Below are positions 39,370 to 52,699 of a stretch of 64,000 bases of DNA, piece by piece. The number at the start of each line of letters is the position of its first letter. The stretch's first letter is position 1. The DNA lies in assembly GCA_038087875.1 (NCBI GenBank), contig JAXLNO010001840.1:62001-126000 (forward strand), written 5' to 3'. Under the pieces are notes generated by a model. The model made no database searches, was not told the DNA's origin, and saw only the letters and a program-made list of their open reading frames with translations. The translations under genes were made by a program, and so were the position numbers. This DNA is from Malacoraja senta (lineage: Eukaryota).

Positions 39370-39660
39370 GTTTAGTTTAGAGATACAGTGTGGAAACAGG
39401 CCCTTCAGCACGAGTCCGCACAGATCCCCGCACATTAACACTATCCTACACACGAAGGACAATTTACATTTATATCAAGCCTATTAACCTACAAACCTGT
39501 ACGTCTTTGGAGTGTGGGAGGAAACCGAAGATCTTGGCGAAAACCCACTGGTCATGGGGAGAATGTACAAACTCCGCACAGACAGCAGCCATAGTCAGGA
39601 TCGGACCCGGGGCTCTGACACTTTAAGGCAGCAACTCTATCGCTGCCCCACCATGTCGCC
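39370..39660 (-). mobile_element. HE1-like SINE
   Basis: Reverse complement of the SINE at 41227. Confidence 0.82.
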
Positions 39661-40111
39661 CTTACTGATCAACATTTGGAAATATGATATTCAGATATTC
39701 CACCCACAAAGGGAAGTCACGGCAGTTATTTGGTTCACAGGCCACCATTTATTGCTCCGTGTGTCGTTAAAGAGTAAAATCTAGGGGTAGGTATTGGAAA
39801 TATCAGGAAGATAAAAAGAGATCAGGTCCAAAATAGTTAGTATGGACTTGATGGGTCAAAGGGCTTGTTTCTGTGCTGCACTCTCTATGCTGCACTCTCA
39901 ATTAGTTGCATCACATCATATTATAAGTCGTAACCTTCAGTTGATTAGTCTAACAAGGGTTCATTCGCTCGTGTGTCAGACGAGGTGTAGCTCACTGTTG
40001 GCTTCTGTCGTCGTCCAACATGTTGACAGAATTGGTCGCCCGACGCGTCTCAGAGAGCATCGTGTCGTCGTTTCCGTAGATCGCCACGAGGAGGCTTCTG
40101 CATGATCCCCC

Positions 40112-40392
40112 ACAAAAGGGTGACACGGTGGAACAGCGGTAGAGTTACTGCCTTACAGCTCAAGAGACCGCCAGGTTCAATCCTGACCATGGGTGCTGTC
40201 TGTATGGAGTTTTTACATTCTACCTGTGGGTTTTCCCTGGGTGCTCCAGCTTCCACCCACACTCCAAAGATGAGTTTGTAGTTTAATAGGGTTTGGTAAA
40301 GATTATAAATTTCTGCTAGTCTAAAGGATATTGCTACTGTATGGGGATCGCTGTTCAGCGTGGACTTGGTGGGCTGAAGAGCCTGTTCCAAT
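40112..40392 (+). mobile_element. HE1-like SINE
   Basis: tRNA-like head with GGTTCAATCC B box and CR1-like tail. Confidence 0.8.
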
Positions 40393-41226
40393 GCTAGGTA
40401 TACAAAAATGCTGGAGAAACTCAGCGGGTGCAGCAGCATCTATGCAGCGAAGGAAATAGGCAATGTTTCGGGCCGAAACCCTTCGATTTTCCAGCATCTG
40501 CAGTTCCTTCTTAAACACAGTTCCAATGCTATATCTCTATATCATCTTGAGCTGCAATATACAGTAAGTTGTCAAATCGGATTGCACCATGCCAGTACAT
40601 CAAGAGCAGACTCTAAAAATATCAATGTAACATTTAACTTCTGCTTTGATATGACCTCCTGGTGACTTGTTCACCACATCCCCCTTTGTCAGGGAGTTCC
40701 CCAATCATCTCACTGGAGAGGCCCCACATTCACACTTACTCAAATACCACACATTACCTGCTAGACTAGTTTTCAACTGTTTACTCTCACAGTCTGCCCT
40801 GTGAACATGCAGAAATTAACATCACAAAACATCAGGATTGAACAACTCATTATCAACCTTAGACACAAAGTGCTAAAGTATCTCAGCGAGACCTGCAGCA
40901 TCTCTGGAGAAAAAGGCTGGATGACACTTCGTGTCAGGACCCTACTTCAGTCTCAAGCAGGGTTAGTCTGAAGAAGGGTCCCAACCCGACACATCAATCT
41001 GAAGAAGGATCCCAACCTGAAGCTTCACCCAGCATTACCATCCTTTTCTACAGAGATGCTGTAGAACACCTCTGACCCGTTGAGTTACTCCAGCACTTTG
41101 TGACTCTCTTTGGTACAAACCAGCATCTGCAGTTCCTTGTTTCTACATCATTATCTATCTCTTTGAGAAAGCGTTCCCATAGAATTTGCATCCTAACAAA
41201 ATGAGATCATACAAAGTTACCAATAA

Positions 41227-41550
41227 GGGCGGCACAGTGGCACAGTGGTAGAGTTGCTGCCTTACAGTGTTTGCAGTGCCAGAGACCCGGTTTCAATCCT
41301 GACTATGGGTGCTGTCTGTACGGAGTTAGTACGTTCTCTCCCTGTGACCTGTGTGGATTTTCGCTGAGATCTTCGATTTCCTCCCACACTCCAAAGACGT
41401 ACAGGAATGTAGGTTAATTGGCTTGATGCATGTGTCAAATTGTCCCTCGTGTGCATAGGATAGTATTAGTGTGCGGGTTAGTCGCTGGCCAGTGCAGACT
41501 CGGTGGGCCGAAAGCCTGTTTCCGCGCTGTGTATCTAAATTAAAAAACTA
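41227..41550 (+). mobile_element. HE1-like tRNA-derived SINE
   Basis: A box TGGCACAGTGG, B box GGTTTCAATCC, tail gggccgaaagcctgtttcc shared with CR1. Confidence 0.88.
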
Positions 41551-41599
41551 AAGAACCTATTTTACATATCTCATTTCCTTTGGTTCAGGCAGTGTTCTC

Positions 41600-42510
41600 T
41601 CTGGTGTAGGTACACAAAAATGCTGGAGAAACTCAGTGGGTGCAGCAGCATCTATGGAGCGAAGGAAATAGGTAACGTTTCGGGCCGAAACCTTCCTCAG
41701 ACTGATAGGGGGTGGGGAGAAGAAAGGAAAAAAGGAAAAAGGCGGAGGAGGAGCCCGAGGGCTGGGGGAGGGGAGGAGACAACCAGATGGCTGATGAAGG
41801 GGAGGGGACAGCAAGGGCTAGCAGAATTGGGAGAATTCAATGTTCAAGCCCCCAGGATGTAGACTGCCCAAGCGGAATATGAGGTGCATTTCCTCCAATT
41901 TACGGTGTTGCTCGCTGTGGCCATGGAGGAGACCCAGGACAGAGAGGTCAGATACGGAATGGGAGGGGGAGTTGAAGTGCTGAGCCACCGGGAGTTCAGG
42001 TTGGTTATTGCGGACCGACCGGAGGTGTTCGGCGAAACGATCGCCAAGCCTCCACTTGGTCTCACCGATGTAGATCAGCTGGCATCTAGAGCAGCGAATG
42101 CAATAGATGAGGTTGGAGGAGATGCAGGTGAACCTCTGTCGCACCTGGAACGACTGCTTGGGTCCTTGAATGGAGTAGAGGGGGGAGGTGAAGGGACAAG
42201 TGTTGCATCTCTTGCGGTTGCAAGGGAAAGTACCAGGGGAGGGTTGGTATGGGAGGGAAGGGAAGAATTGACAAGGGAGTTATGGAGGGAGCGGTCTTTG
42301 CGGAAGGCAGACATGGGGGGAGATGGGAAGATGTGGCGAGTGGTGGGGTCACGTTGGAGGTGGCGAAACTGACGGAGGATCACTTGTATGTGACGGCTGG
42401 TGGGGTGAAAGGTGAGGACTAGGGGGACTCTGCCCTTGTTGTGAGTGGGGGGGATGGGGAGAGAGAGCAGTGTTGCGGGGTATGGCAGAGACCCTGGTGC
42501 GAGCCTCATC
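41600..42510 (-). mobile_element. Penelope-like element fragment with hammerhead core at 41677-41700
   Basis: GIY-YIG ORF 41818-42144 (IYCIRCSRCQLIYIGETK), RVPLVLTFHP, and CTGAGGA...GAAAC. Confidence 0.92.
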
Positions 42511-42919
42511 TATTCTCTCTGGTGTAGACTGCTTGAGCCATTTCCAGTGCTTATTCTGGCTAATAGAGATAGCAACATGAAAACCACAGAAAGAATCTTA
42601 AAATAAACTGAATCCTGCAGCATATAAACAGGCCCTTTTGCCCAATCTTGTTTATCCTGACCGAGATGTTTATCTACAATTACATTACGCCCATATCCCT
42701 CCCTGGCTTTCCTACCAAAAGTCCAAATGCTTTATAGACATTGTGATTATGTCTGCCTCTACCATCTCCCCTGCAGCTCATTCCAGATAACTACTGCGGT
42801 GAGAAACATCTGCTCAGATCCCCTTGATATTTCTCTCCCATCACCTTAAACTCCAGTTCTAGTCTCCACTGCCCCGGGAAAGAGACAGTTACTCTCAATC
42901 CTATTTATACCCCAAAGAT

Positions 42920-43215
42920 AGACTCAAAATGCTGGAGTAACTCAGCAGGGCAGGCAGTATTTATGGAGAGAAGGAATGGATGATGTTTAGAAACGTCACT
43001 CATTCCTTCCCTCCAAAGATGCTGCCTGTCCTGCTGAGTTACTCCAGCATTTTACATCTGTCTTCGGTGTAAACCAACATCTGTTAATCCTTCCTGAAGA
43101 AGGATGTTGACCCGAAATGTCACCCATTCCTTCTCTCCAGTGATGCTGCCTGTCCCACTGAGTTACTCCAGCTTTTTGTGTCTTTCTTCGGTTTAAACCA
43201 GCATCTGTAGATCCT
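42920..43215. mobile_element. Cluster of Penelope termini (one minus, two plus)
   Basis: Repeated gatgctgcctgtccYgctgagttactccagc blocks. Confidence 0.8.
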
Positions 43216-43529
43216 TCCGACACAATCTATAGCCCTCATTATTTCACTCCTGCATTCTAGTGGGAATAAATGCAGCCTATCCAATTTCTTCACATAACAC
43301 CAGACCTCTATTCCAGGCAACAACCTGGCAAAACCCTTCTGCACTACTTTTGATGCCATCACATCCTTTTTAGTTTAGAGATACATTGCAGAAACAGGCC
43401 CTTCGGCCCACGCCAACCAGTGATCCCCGCACAGTAACGTTAGTAGTGCAGCGACCAGAACTCTACGCAATACTCCATGTGCAGCCTAACCAATGTTTTG
43501 TTTGAGTTCTCAACTCTTATACTTGATGC

Positions 43530-44130
43530 CAGAGTCTATTCAGTTATACAGGGCCCTGGTGAGACTGCACCTGGAGTATTTTGTGCAGTCTTGGTCACCT
43601 AGTTTGAAGAAGGACATTCTTGCTATTGAAGGAGTGCAGCAAAGTTCACCAGGTTAATTCCCAGGATGGCAGGATTGACATATAATAAAAGAATGAATCG
43701 ACTGGGCTTATATTCACTGGAATTCAGAAGGATGAGAGGGAATCAGATAGAAACCGAATACTAACAAGGGATTTGACAGACTAGATGCAGGAAAAATATT
43801 CTCAATGTTGGGGGAGTCCAGAACCAGGGTCACAGTTTACGAATAAGCGGTAGGCCATTTAGGATTGAGATGGGGAAAAACCTTTTCACCCAGAGTGTTG
43901 TGAATCTGTGGAATTCTCTGCCACAGAAGGCAGCGGAGACCAATTCACTGAATGTATTCAAGAGAGAGTTAGCTCCTAGGTTAACAAAATCAAGGGATTG
44001 GGGAGAAAGCAGGAACAGGGTACTGATTCTGGTTGATCACCCATGACCATATTGAATGGTGGTGCTGGCTTGAAGGCCAAATGGCCTACTCCTGCACCAA
44101 TTTTATATGTTTCTATGTCTAAGTGGACAA
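43530..44130 (+). mobile_element. CR1 3' portion
   Basis: CR1 ORF2 end and 3' UTR. Confidence 0.85.
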
Positions 44131-44807
44131 ACATGCCAAAGTGCATTCTTTGCTTTCCTGTCTACCCTTGTCGGCATTTTCAGGTATCAATGAACTTGCA
44201 ACCCAAGGACACTCTGTATATTAACACCCTCAGGTTCTTACCGTTTATGTCCTACCAGAACATGACATGCCAACACGCACAACTTCACACATGTCTGGAT
44301 TACATTCCTTCTGTTATTGCTCCATCCAGCTCTCTAGCTAATCTGTATCCCACTGGATCCATAGACAACCTTCTTCAATGTACATGTCATCTGCAAACCT
44401 ACTAATCAAACCACCAATATTCACATCCACATCATATATACTATCCACTGCCACTGCAAAACACAAAGGGCTGCAGGGACTCAGCAGGTCAGCTAATATC
44501 TGGAGGGATTTTATCCCCGCCAAAAATAAACATTATTCAGAATAATGAAATATATACAAAACAAGAACAGGGCAAAAAACGTTTCTGCCATTCTCAGTGT
44601 CCACACATGAATTAATTACGGTTATTTTCGGTTGTGTTCACAAACTACCCTTATATCAAGCACCCTTGCCACTCGTATAGCCCCCCTGGGTTAATAGCCC
44701 TTCCCTTGTGTGAGGGGCGTCTTCACCAGTTGCAGCCCCCCAATGTATTGCCACGAAGGACCCTAGACTGTAGACCTCCACTGAGCCTTGGTGTTGGCTG
44801 CAACAAG

Positions 44808-45505
44808 CTCCAGTGAGTCCTTCAGCACGTAGTCCTGCAGTCTGGAATGGACAGATGATGTTTTGGGTCAGACACTTCTTCAGACTGATTGTAATAGAAA
44901 GCTGAAAAAGAGAGGTGGGGCTGGGACAAAGCCTGGCAAGTGATACAGGTGATAAGACACAAAAAGCTGGAGTAACTCAGTGGGACAGGCAGCATCTCTG
45001 GAGAGAAGGAATGGGTGACTTTTCAGGTCGAGATTCTTCTTCAGACTAGTTGGGGATAAGGGAAACAAGAGATATAGAAAATGATGTAGAGAGATAAAGA
45101 ACAATGAATGAAAGATATGCAAAAAAGTAACGATGATAAAGGAAACAGGCCATTGTAAGCTATTTGTTGGGTGAAAACGAGAAGCTGGTGCGGCTAGAGA
45201 ACGGATTTTGATAAATAAACGGGTGGAGTAAGTGGCAACGGCTAGAGGTGAAAAAGGTGACAAAGGGTCTGAAGAAGGGGTCTCGACCCGAAACATCACC
45301 CATTCCTTCTCTCCAGAGATGCTGCCTGTCCCGCTGAGTTACTCCAGCTTTTTGTGTCTTATCACCTGTAACACTTGCCAGGCTTTGTCCCAGCCCCACA
45401 TCTCTTTTTCAGCTTTCTATTACAATCAGTCTGAAGAAGCGTCTGACCCAAAACATCATCTGTCCATTCAGACTGCAGGAGTACGGGCTGAGGGACTCAC
45501 TGGAG
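44808..45505. repeat. 239-bp inverted repeat (44808-45046 and 45267-45505) built from Penelope termini
   Basis: Arms align by eye with few mismatches. Each arm holds two hammerhead-like cores. Confidence 0.9.
45265..45301 (+). ncRNA. Minimal type I hammerhead ribozyme
   Basis: GGGT-CTGAAGA-AG-GGGTC-tc-GACCC-GAAAC-ATC-ACCC. Stem I (GGGU/ACCC) and stem II are both present. Confidence 0.65.
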
Positions 45506-45904
45506 AGTTTTAACCAGCATCAGCAGTTCCTTCCTGTACATCCTGCCTTGTGCAGCATTGTTCTGTGTTTACAAATAGAGTGTAAATAAAACCTGGCATC
45601 CTGTGTGCCATTTAAATTAATTATGATTGATGTATATTTTTATTCCATGCAAAGTATCCCACAATACACCACTCGGCAGCATTCAGTGGATGGTGGCTGA
45701 GGCAAGGCAGCTCTTTGAACTAGTTCATAGATCACATTTGTATTCTTTTTACATTGTCTTTTACAATTTAGTTGACCAATTAGTTTAAATCTTTTTCCCC
45801 CAAGTTACTGAACTTTTTCCACAGGAAGTACTTTTTTGTGGCCCATTCTAGTGAGAACATTGATGACTGAAAAACAAGAAAACTGTTCTACTGTACTCAC
45901 TCTA

Positions 45905-46820
45905 AACTCATGACTGCGCAGCCAGACATAGTCCGAACTCCATCATCAAGTTCGCCGACGACACCACTGTTGTGGGACGAATCACTGATGGTGATGAGTC
46001 AGAGTATATTAGTGAGATCGACCGATTGACCAAATGGTGCCAGCACAATAACCCGGCCCTCAACACCAGTAAAACCAAGGAACTGATTGTGGACTTTGGA
46101 AGAGGTAGGATAGGAACCCACAATCCCATTTATATCCCGGGACGATGGTGGAAAGGGTCAAGAACTTCAAATTCCTGGGCGTGCATATTTCCGAAGATCT
46201 TTCCAGGTCCCAGCACACTGATGCAATTATAAAGAAGGCACAGCAGCGCCTCTACTTCATGAGAAAATTATGGAGAGTTGGTATGTCAAGGAGGTCTCTC
46301 TCGGACTTGTACAGGTGCACAGTAGAGAGCAAACTGACTGGTTGCATTGTGGCTTGGTTCGGCAACTTGAACGTCCAGGAGCGGAAAAGAATCCAGAAAG
46401 TTTGTGACTACTGCTCAGTCCATCTTCGGCTCTGACCTCCCTTCCATCGAAGGGATCCATCGCAGTCGCTGCCTCAAAATGGCTGCCAACATCATCAAAG
46501 ACCCGCACAATCCTGACCACACACTCATCTCTCCATTGCCATCGGGAAGAAGGTGCAGGAGCTTGAAATCTGGAACATCCAGGTTCAAGAACAGCTTCTT
46601 CCCCACAGCCATCAGGCAATTAAACACAACATCAAACAAACTCTGAACAATAACAGCCTATTGCACTTTATCTGTTTATTTATTGTGTATATATATGGTC
46701 TATGGTATATAGACACACTGAACTTTTATCTCTGTATTATGTTTACATATTCTGTTGTGCTGCAGCAAGCAAGAATTCATTGTCCTATCTGGGACACATG
46801 ACAATAAAACTCTCTTGACT
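45905..46820 (+). mobile_element. Rex1/Babar-type LINE 3' portion
   Basis: [43 protein letters not shown]. Confidence 0.88.
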
Positions 46821-46837
46821 TTTGGGCAGCACTATTA

Positions 46838-47155
46838 TGGGTGGCACAGTGCAGTAGAGGTAGAGTGACTGCCTCACAGTGCCAGAGACCCGGGTTCGAT
46901 CCTGACTATAGGTGCTGTCTGTATGGAGTTTGTACGTTCTCCCTGTGACCTGCATGGGTTTTCTCCAAGACCTTCGATTTCCTCCCACACTCCAAAGACG
47001 TACATGTTTATAGGTTAATGGGCTGGGTGTAAATATTAAATTGTCCCTAGTTTGTGTGTAGGGTAGGGTTGCGTTAAGGTGCATGAATCGCTGGCCGGTG
47101 CAGACTCGGTGGGCCAAAGGGCCTGTTTCTGCTCTATATCTCTAAATTAAACTAT
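46838..47155 (+). mobile_element. HE1-like SINE
   Basis: B box GGTTCGATCC and CR1-type tail. Confidence 0.85.
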
Positions 47156-47159
47156 TAAC

Positions 47160-47510
47160 GTGTGTATCAAATCACTGAGGAGAATAAAGTCATCAAACAC
47201 AGAAACTTGCATCATAGTTTTAAAATAAGCAGTAGACCATTTAGGAGTGAGATAAGGAAAAACTTTTTCACCCAGAGAGTTGTATATCTGTGGTATTCTC
47301 TGCCACAGAAGGCAGTGGAGGCCAATTCACTGGATGTTTTCAAGATAGAGTTAGATTTAGCTCTTAGGGCTAATGGAATCAAGGGATATGGGTAAAAAGC
47401 AGGAACGGGGTACTGATTTTGGATGATCAGCTATGATCATATTGAATAGTGGTGCTTGCTCGAATGGCCTACACCTGCACCTACTGTATTTTCTATGTTT
47501 CCATGTAAAT
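47160..47510 (+). mobile_element. CR1 3' end
   Basis: RKNFFTQRVV and 3' UTR. Confidence 0.85.
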
Positions 47511-48099
47511 CTCACATTCCAATGAACTTCCCTCCTCTCTCAATTTTCCCACCACCCACATTCAGTTGGGGAAAATTACCTTCCTGTCAAATAACCTGAT
47601 CCTACCTCACAAATGTTTATAAACACTTTAAGTGTAACCTTGTTAAATGTCTTCTGAACAGAAGTGATTAATCTTCCCATTTTCTCTACCATCTCAAAAA
47701 TGTATATACTTCAGACGGCATAACTACACTTTTACACATCCTTATTCTTCTCTCTGATAAATTCACAGCAGGTCAAGAGCACAATTGCTCAAGCCCTGAG
47801 AAATGTATTGCTGGACTCGACTCTCAATATTAATCAGCAAAGGACCCATGTTCTAGGCTATGATTACATTACAAATCTATCAAACAACCTTTCCGTTTTC
47901 AGTGGAAAATAAGGTAAAATAATGACGTGGTGCTATAAACTTGACACAGAAATATAACATGTTGGAAATGATCCAACAGCATCTGTGGAGGTAAATAGAG
48001 TTGCAACAATTTAGTAGCCAAATTAAATGATGAAGGTCCAGAACGCGAATTCAGATTTCCTCTCCTTAAGCTTGAACTTTTCCTTGCTTTCTGGGTATT

Positions 48100-48395
48100 T
48101 AGTTTAATTTAGAGATACAGTGCAGAAACAGGTCCTTCAGCCCACCGAATCCTCGCCGACCAGCGATCCCCGCACACTATCACTATTCTATGCACGCTTG
48201 GGACAATTTAGAATTTTACTGAGCAAATTGGTATGTCATTGGAGTGTGGGAGGAAACCGGAGCACGCGGAGGAAACCCGTGCCGGTCATGGGAAGTACAT
48301 ACAAACTCCTTGCAGACTGAAACCATAGTCAGGATCAAACCCGGGTCCCTTGCGCTGTAAGGCAGCATATCAGCCGCTGCACCACCGTGCCAAAC
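48100..48395 (-). mobile_element. HE1-like SINE
   Basis: Reverse complement of the SINE consensus seen elsewhere in the window. Confidence 0.82.
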
Positions 48396-48507
48396 CATAT
48401 TTTTAGCATTTCCTGCCAAATCCTAAACTGTATCAGAAGATGACTTCTCATGCAATCTTGGTCTTATGTCATTTCAAATATTGTTTTGAAAATATTACTA
48501 CACACTC

Positions 48508-49547
48508 TAGGTATGTTACAAAACTTTCCTTCAGCGGCGCTGCAGTTCTGTCACTCCCCGTGTGTGCGACTTTGGCGCCTTTGAGAGGGGGGCGGGTTTA
48601 AAATGCGATATTTCCGCAGCCTGTTCTAAACGATCTTGAACAGGCTAAATAGTTGATGAAGAAAAATTGCTTCGACTGCCGTTTTATTAAGTTTATTAAT
48701 ATTAGCGCTTTATAATTTAATTGATGGAGTAAAATTAAAATCATCTTCAAATGCCGTAAACGCCGACAACGGGGACGGATTTCACGCATGGGACAAGGCA
48801 AGGTACACTGTTTATTTTTTCATATAAACTTGCTTCTTAGGATGCCTTTAATAAAAATTTCAAGTTGCGAAAATGTGATTATTTAAATATACCAACCGGC
48901 AGTATTTTTCCTGCCGATATTGGGGTTTAATTCAGTGCAAACGTAGCGTTCCAAACCAGCGCGTTCCACAAAATCCCACTCGCAAGATGATTTAAATGGC
49001 CATTAATTTACAGGAATTAAACACTAAATTCCTTCCATTTGGCCTATAAATTAATGACAATGAGATTAAAAAATAATGTTATATTGTGAATTCTTGTGTG
49101 AATGTTATTTGGACAGGCTTTTTTTAAATGTTAACTTTTTCTTAAGTAATGGATAGATATTTAGATCTAGTAATTGAATTTTGTAATTAGCTACAATTGG
49201 GTAACTAACTAATTATATGCTTTAATTTCAGGTCATTCAAGTAAGATTTTGCATATTTGTTTAAGAATGCTTCAATCTATAATAACTGAAAATTTCATTA
49301 AGTTTTCTTAATTTTTAAGAAGGTTATGGGCTTTTGATTGTCCTTGATCACAGCTTTTGTGTTAAGTCAATGGAAAAGCAATAGGGAACAAGATGCTAAT
49401 TTCCGAGTATGAAAATGGCCATAACTGTTTTAATAGTGAAGATATGAAAGTGAATTAGGTGTCAAATTAAACTTCTTTTTATGCTTTATCTGATGGGATA
49501 AATTGCAGACTTGATTTTTAAAATCTCAAAATGTTGTAACATTGCTA
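48508..49547. mobile_element. Non-autonomous DNA transposon with imperfect TIRs (TAGGTATGTTACAAAA...TTGTAACATTGCTA)
   Basis: Terminal inverted similarity, and a second copy at 5253-6399. No TSD recognised. Confidence 0.65.
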
Positions 49548-49740
49548 CATACTCCAGCAAATGGTTTATGAATAATAGAAGTAACTTACTGTACCAGTTA
49601 AAAATCATTGTGAAAAATTTAATTTGCTCCAAATTTCATTCCCTTCTGTTGTGCAGCAAGTAAGAATTTCATTGTCCTATCTGGGACATATGATAATAAA
49701 ACCAGCGCGTTCCACAAAATCCCACTCGCAAGATGATTTA

Positions 49741-50482
49741 ACTGGAGTCAAGTTGGGAAAAGGGGAAGTACAACGGGATCTGGGGGTCCTTGTACATCAG
49801 TCTACGAAAGTAAGCATGCAGGTACAGCAGGCAGTGAAGAGAGCGAATGGCATGTTGGCCTTTATAACAAGAGGAATCAAATATAGGAGCAAAGAGGTCC
49901 TTCTGCAGTTGTACAGAGCCCTAGTGAGACCACACCTGGAATATTGTGTGCAGTTTTGGTCCCCTAATTTGAGGAAGGACATTCTTGCTATTAAGGGAGT
50001 GCAGCGTAGGTTTACAAAGTTAATTCCCGGGATGGCGGGACTGTCATATGCTAAGAGAATGGAGCAGCTGGGCTTGTACACTCTGGAGTTTAGAAGGATG
50101 AGAGGAAATCTCATTGAAACATATAAGATTGTTAAGGGCTTGGACACGCTAGAGGCAGGAAACATGTTCCTGATGTTGGGGGAGTCAAGAACCAAGGGCC
50201 AAAGTTTAAGAATAAGGAGTAAGCCATTTAGAACGGAGACGAGGAAACACTTTTTCTCACAGAGAGTGGTGAGTCTGTGGAATTCTCTGCCTCAGGTTCC
50301 TGGAGGCAGGTTCTCTGGATGCTTTCAAGAGAGAGCTAGATAGGGCTCTTAAAAACAGCAGAGTCAGGCGATATGGGGAGAAGGCAGGAACGGGGTACTG
50401 ATTGGGGACGATCAACCATGATCACATTGAATGGCGGTGCTGGCTCGAAGGGCCAAATGGCCTACTCCTGCACCTATTGTCT
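49741..50482 (+). mobile_element. CR1 3' portion
   Basis: ORF 49624-50343 (RPHLEYCVQFWSP) and tail. Confidence 0.92.
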
Positions 50483-51039
50483 ATTGTCTATAACACTCTT
50501 GTCTCTTGAAGATGTGAGGAAGGGTCTCAAGCTGAAATGTCACCTATTTCTTTTTGCCAATAATGCTGCATGACCCACTGAGTTACTCCAGCATTTTGTG
50601 TCTATCTTCAGTGTAAACCAGCATCTGCAGTTCCTTCTTACAAAGATGTTCCTCTACCACCTGAGTTCCTACAGTAGTTGTTTTTATGATACTAGGTTGA
50701 CATGCAATTGAGACATGCTGTGAGCTTTCCTTCAAAACAGGACAATTAAGCCCATATGCTCAATCCATGCACATTTTAACCAATGACGTATTGTAAAGCC
50801 TTAACAGTGCAATTTACATTCAGCTTTCAGATAATGCATTCGACCACAAACAGATGTCCATCTCATTAAATTCTACCAGATAAGGCTTGGAAAGTCTGAA
50901 AAGGGGTCTCGACCCGAAACATCACCCATTCCTTTTCTCCAGAGATGCTGCCTGTCCCGCTGAGTTACTCCAGCTTTCTGTGTCTATCATTGAAAGACAT
51001 TCTCCCTCCCCCACACTTCCTGCAGCTTAATACACTTCT

Positions 51040-52080
51040 TTTTTATCTCCTAGAAAAAGACACAAACTCGACGGTCAGGCAGTATCACTGGAAAACATGG
51101 ATATGTGGTGTTGTGGAACAGGATCCTTCTTCAGACTAATTGTGGGAAGTTGGGGGGGGGGGATGATATGGGCATTGTAGAGGGGGGGGGGAGGGGGAGA
51201 TGAAGGAAACTGGATGAAAGGAGGGGCAGGTAATAGGTGAACATAGGTGAGGAGACGGTAATGGGGGGAGTTGATAGGGAGATTATTGGACAAGGGCCAG
51301 AGATAAAAATACAGAAGGTGTGCAACAAAATAATTGAAAAGTAGCAAATGGCAAATTTAGAAGGAAGGGGAAGTGGAGGGAAATATGTGCAAGTCCAGGT
51401 GGCCTACAGGGGAGCGGGGCAACGGTGGGGAGAAATATGGATGTGGGGGAGAAAGGGGAGGAGGAGGAGGAGAGTAGGGCTTAGGTTTCCTAAAATTGGC
51501 GAGTTCAATATTCACACCATCAGGTTGAAAGCTACCCAAGAAGAATATTAGGGGCTGTTTGCATGTGACCTCACACTGGCAATGGAGGAGACCCAAAACA
51601 GAAAGGTCAATATGGCAATGGGAAAGGAAGTTCAAGTGGTTAGCAACCAGGAGATCCAGAAGTCCATGGCAGATCCAGTGCATATTTTCGGCGAAATGGT
51701 CGTGGAGTCAATGCTTGGTCTCGTCGATATACAGGAGGCCACATTGGGAACACCGGATGCAATAGATCAGTTTAGAGAAGGTATACATGAACATCTTGTC
51801 TCACCTAGAAGGACTGCTATGGTCCCTCGAGGCAGACCACAGAGGAGGTACAGGAACAGATGTTACATCTGCAGTTGCAGGGGAGATTACCTGGGATGCA
51901 ATGGTTTGTGTGGGAAGTGATGAGAATTTTAGGTAACCTACCCCCCCATTTCTTGCCCTCCCCTGTGCCCCATCTGGACTTGCATCCATTTCTGCCTTCC
52001 CCCGTCCCCTTCATCCATTCCTCTATTTTCACAATTCACCATTCTTTAATTCCTTTTGTCTTTTCATCTCTGGCCTTTGT
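51040..52080 (-). mobile_element. Degenerate Penelope fragment
   Basis: LSVLGLLHCQ...LIFFLGSFQPDGVNIE. Confidence 0.8.
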
Positions 52081-52699
52081 TGTTGGAAAATCCTCTCTGC
52101 AACATTTTAGTTTAGTCTATTGTTACGTGTACAGAGGTACAGTGAAAAGCTTTTGTTGCCTGCTAACCAGTCAGCGTAAAGACAATACATGATTACAAAC
52201 TAACCATTTACAGAGTAGAGATACATGATGAGGGAATAACATTTAGTGCAAGGTAAAGCCAGTAAAGTCCGATCAAAGAAAGTCCGAGGGTCACAAATGA
52301 GGCAGATAGTAGTTCAGGACTGCTCTCTCATTTTGGTATCTATCACCTATCATCTGCCATACTTTGTTCTGCCCCTCCTCTCTTCCAGCTTTATTTACCC
52401 CCACAATCAGTTTGAAGAATGGTCCTGACCCAAAACCTTAGCATCCCACGCTCTCCAGTAATGCTGCCCGTCCCACTGAGTTATTCCAACACTGTGTCTT
52501 TTTATGTTAACCAGCATCTTCAGTTCCTCCTTTCTTCTTTCTCCGCCTTCCTAGTCCTGAAGGGTCTCTGGCCTGAAACATTAGCTCTGCTTTCCTCCCT
52601 GCAGATGAGGCCTGACCTACTGCATATTGCCAGTGTATTCGGTATTTTACTAAAGTCAATTTTAATAATACTATTCCTGCATGCATTAATGAATTACTA

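Noticed and set aside
41227-41310. tRNA-like A/B boxes
   Set aside because: SINE heads, not tRNA genes: no complete cloverleaf, and followed by SINE body and CR1 tail.
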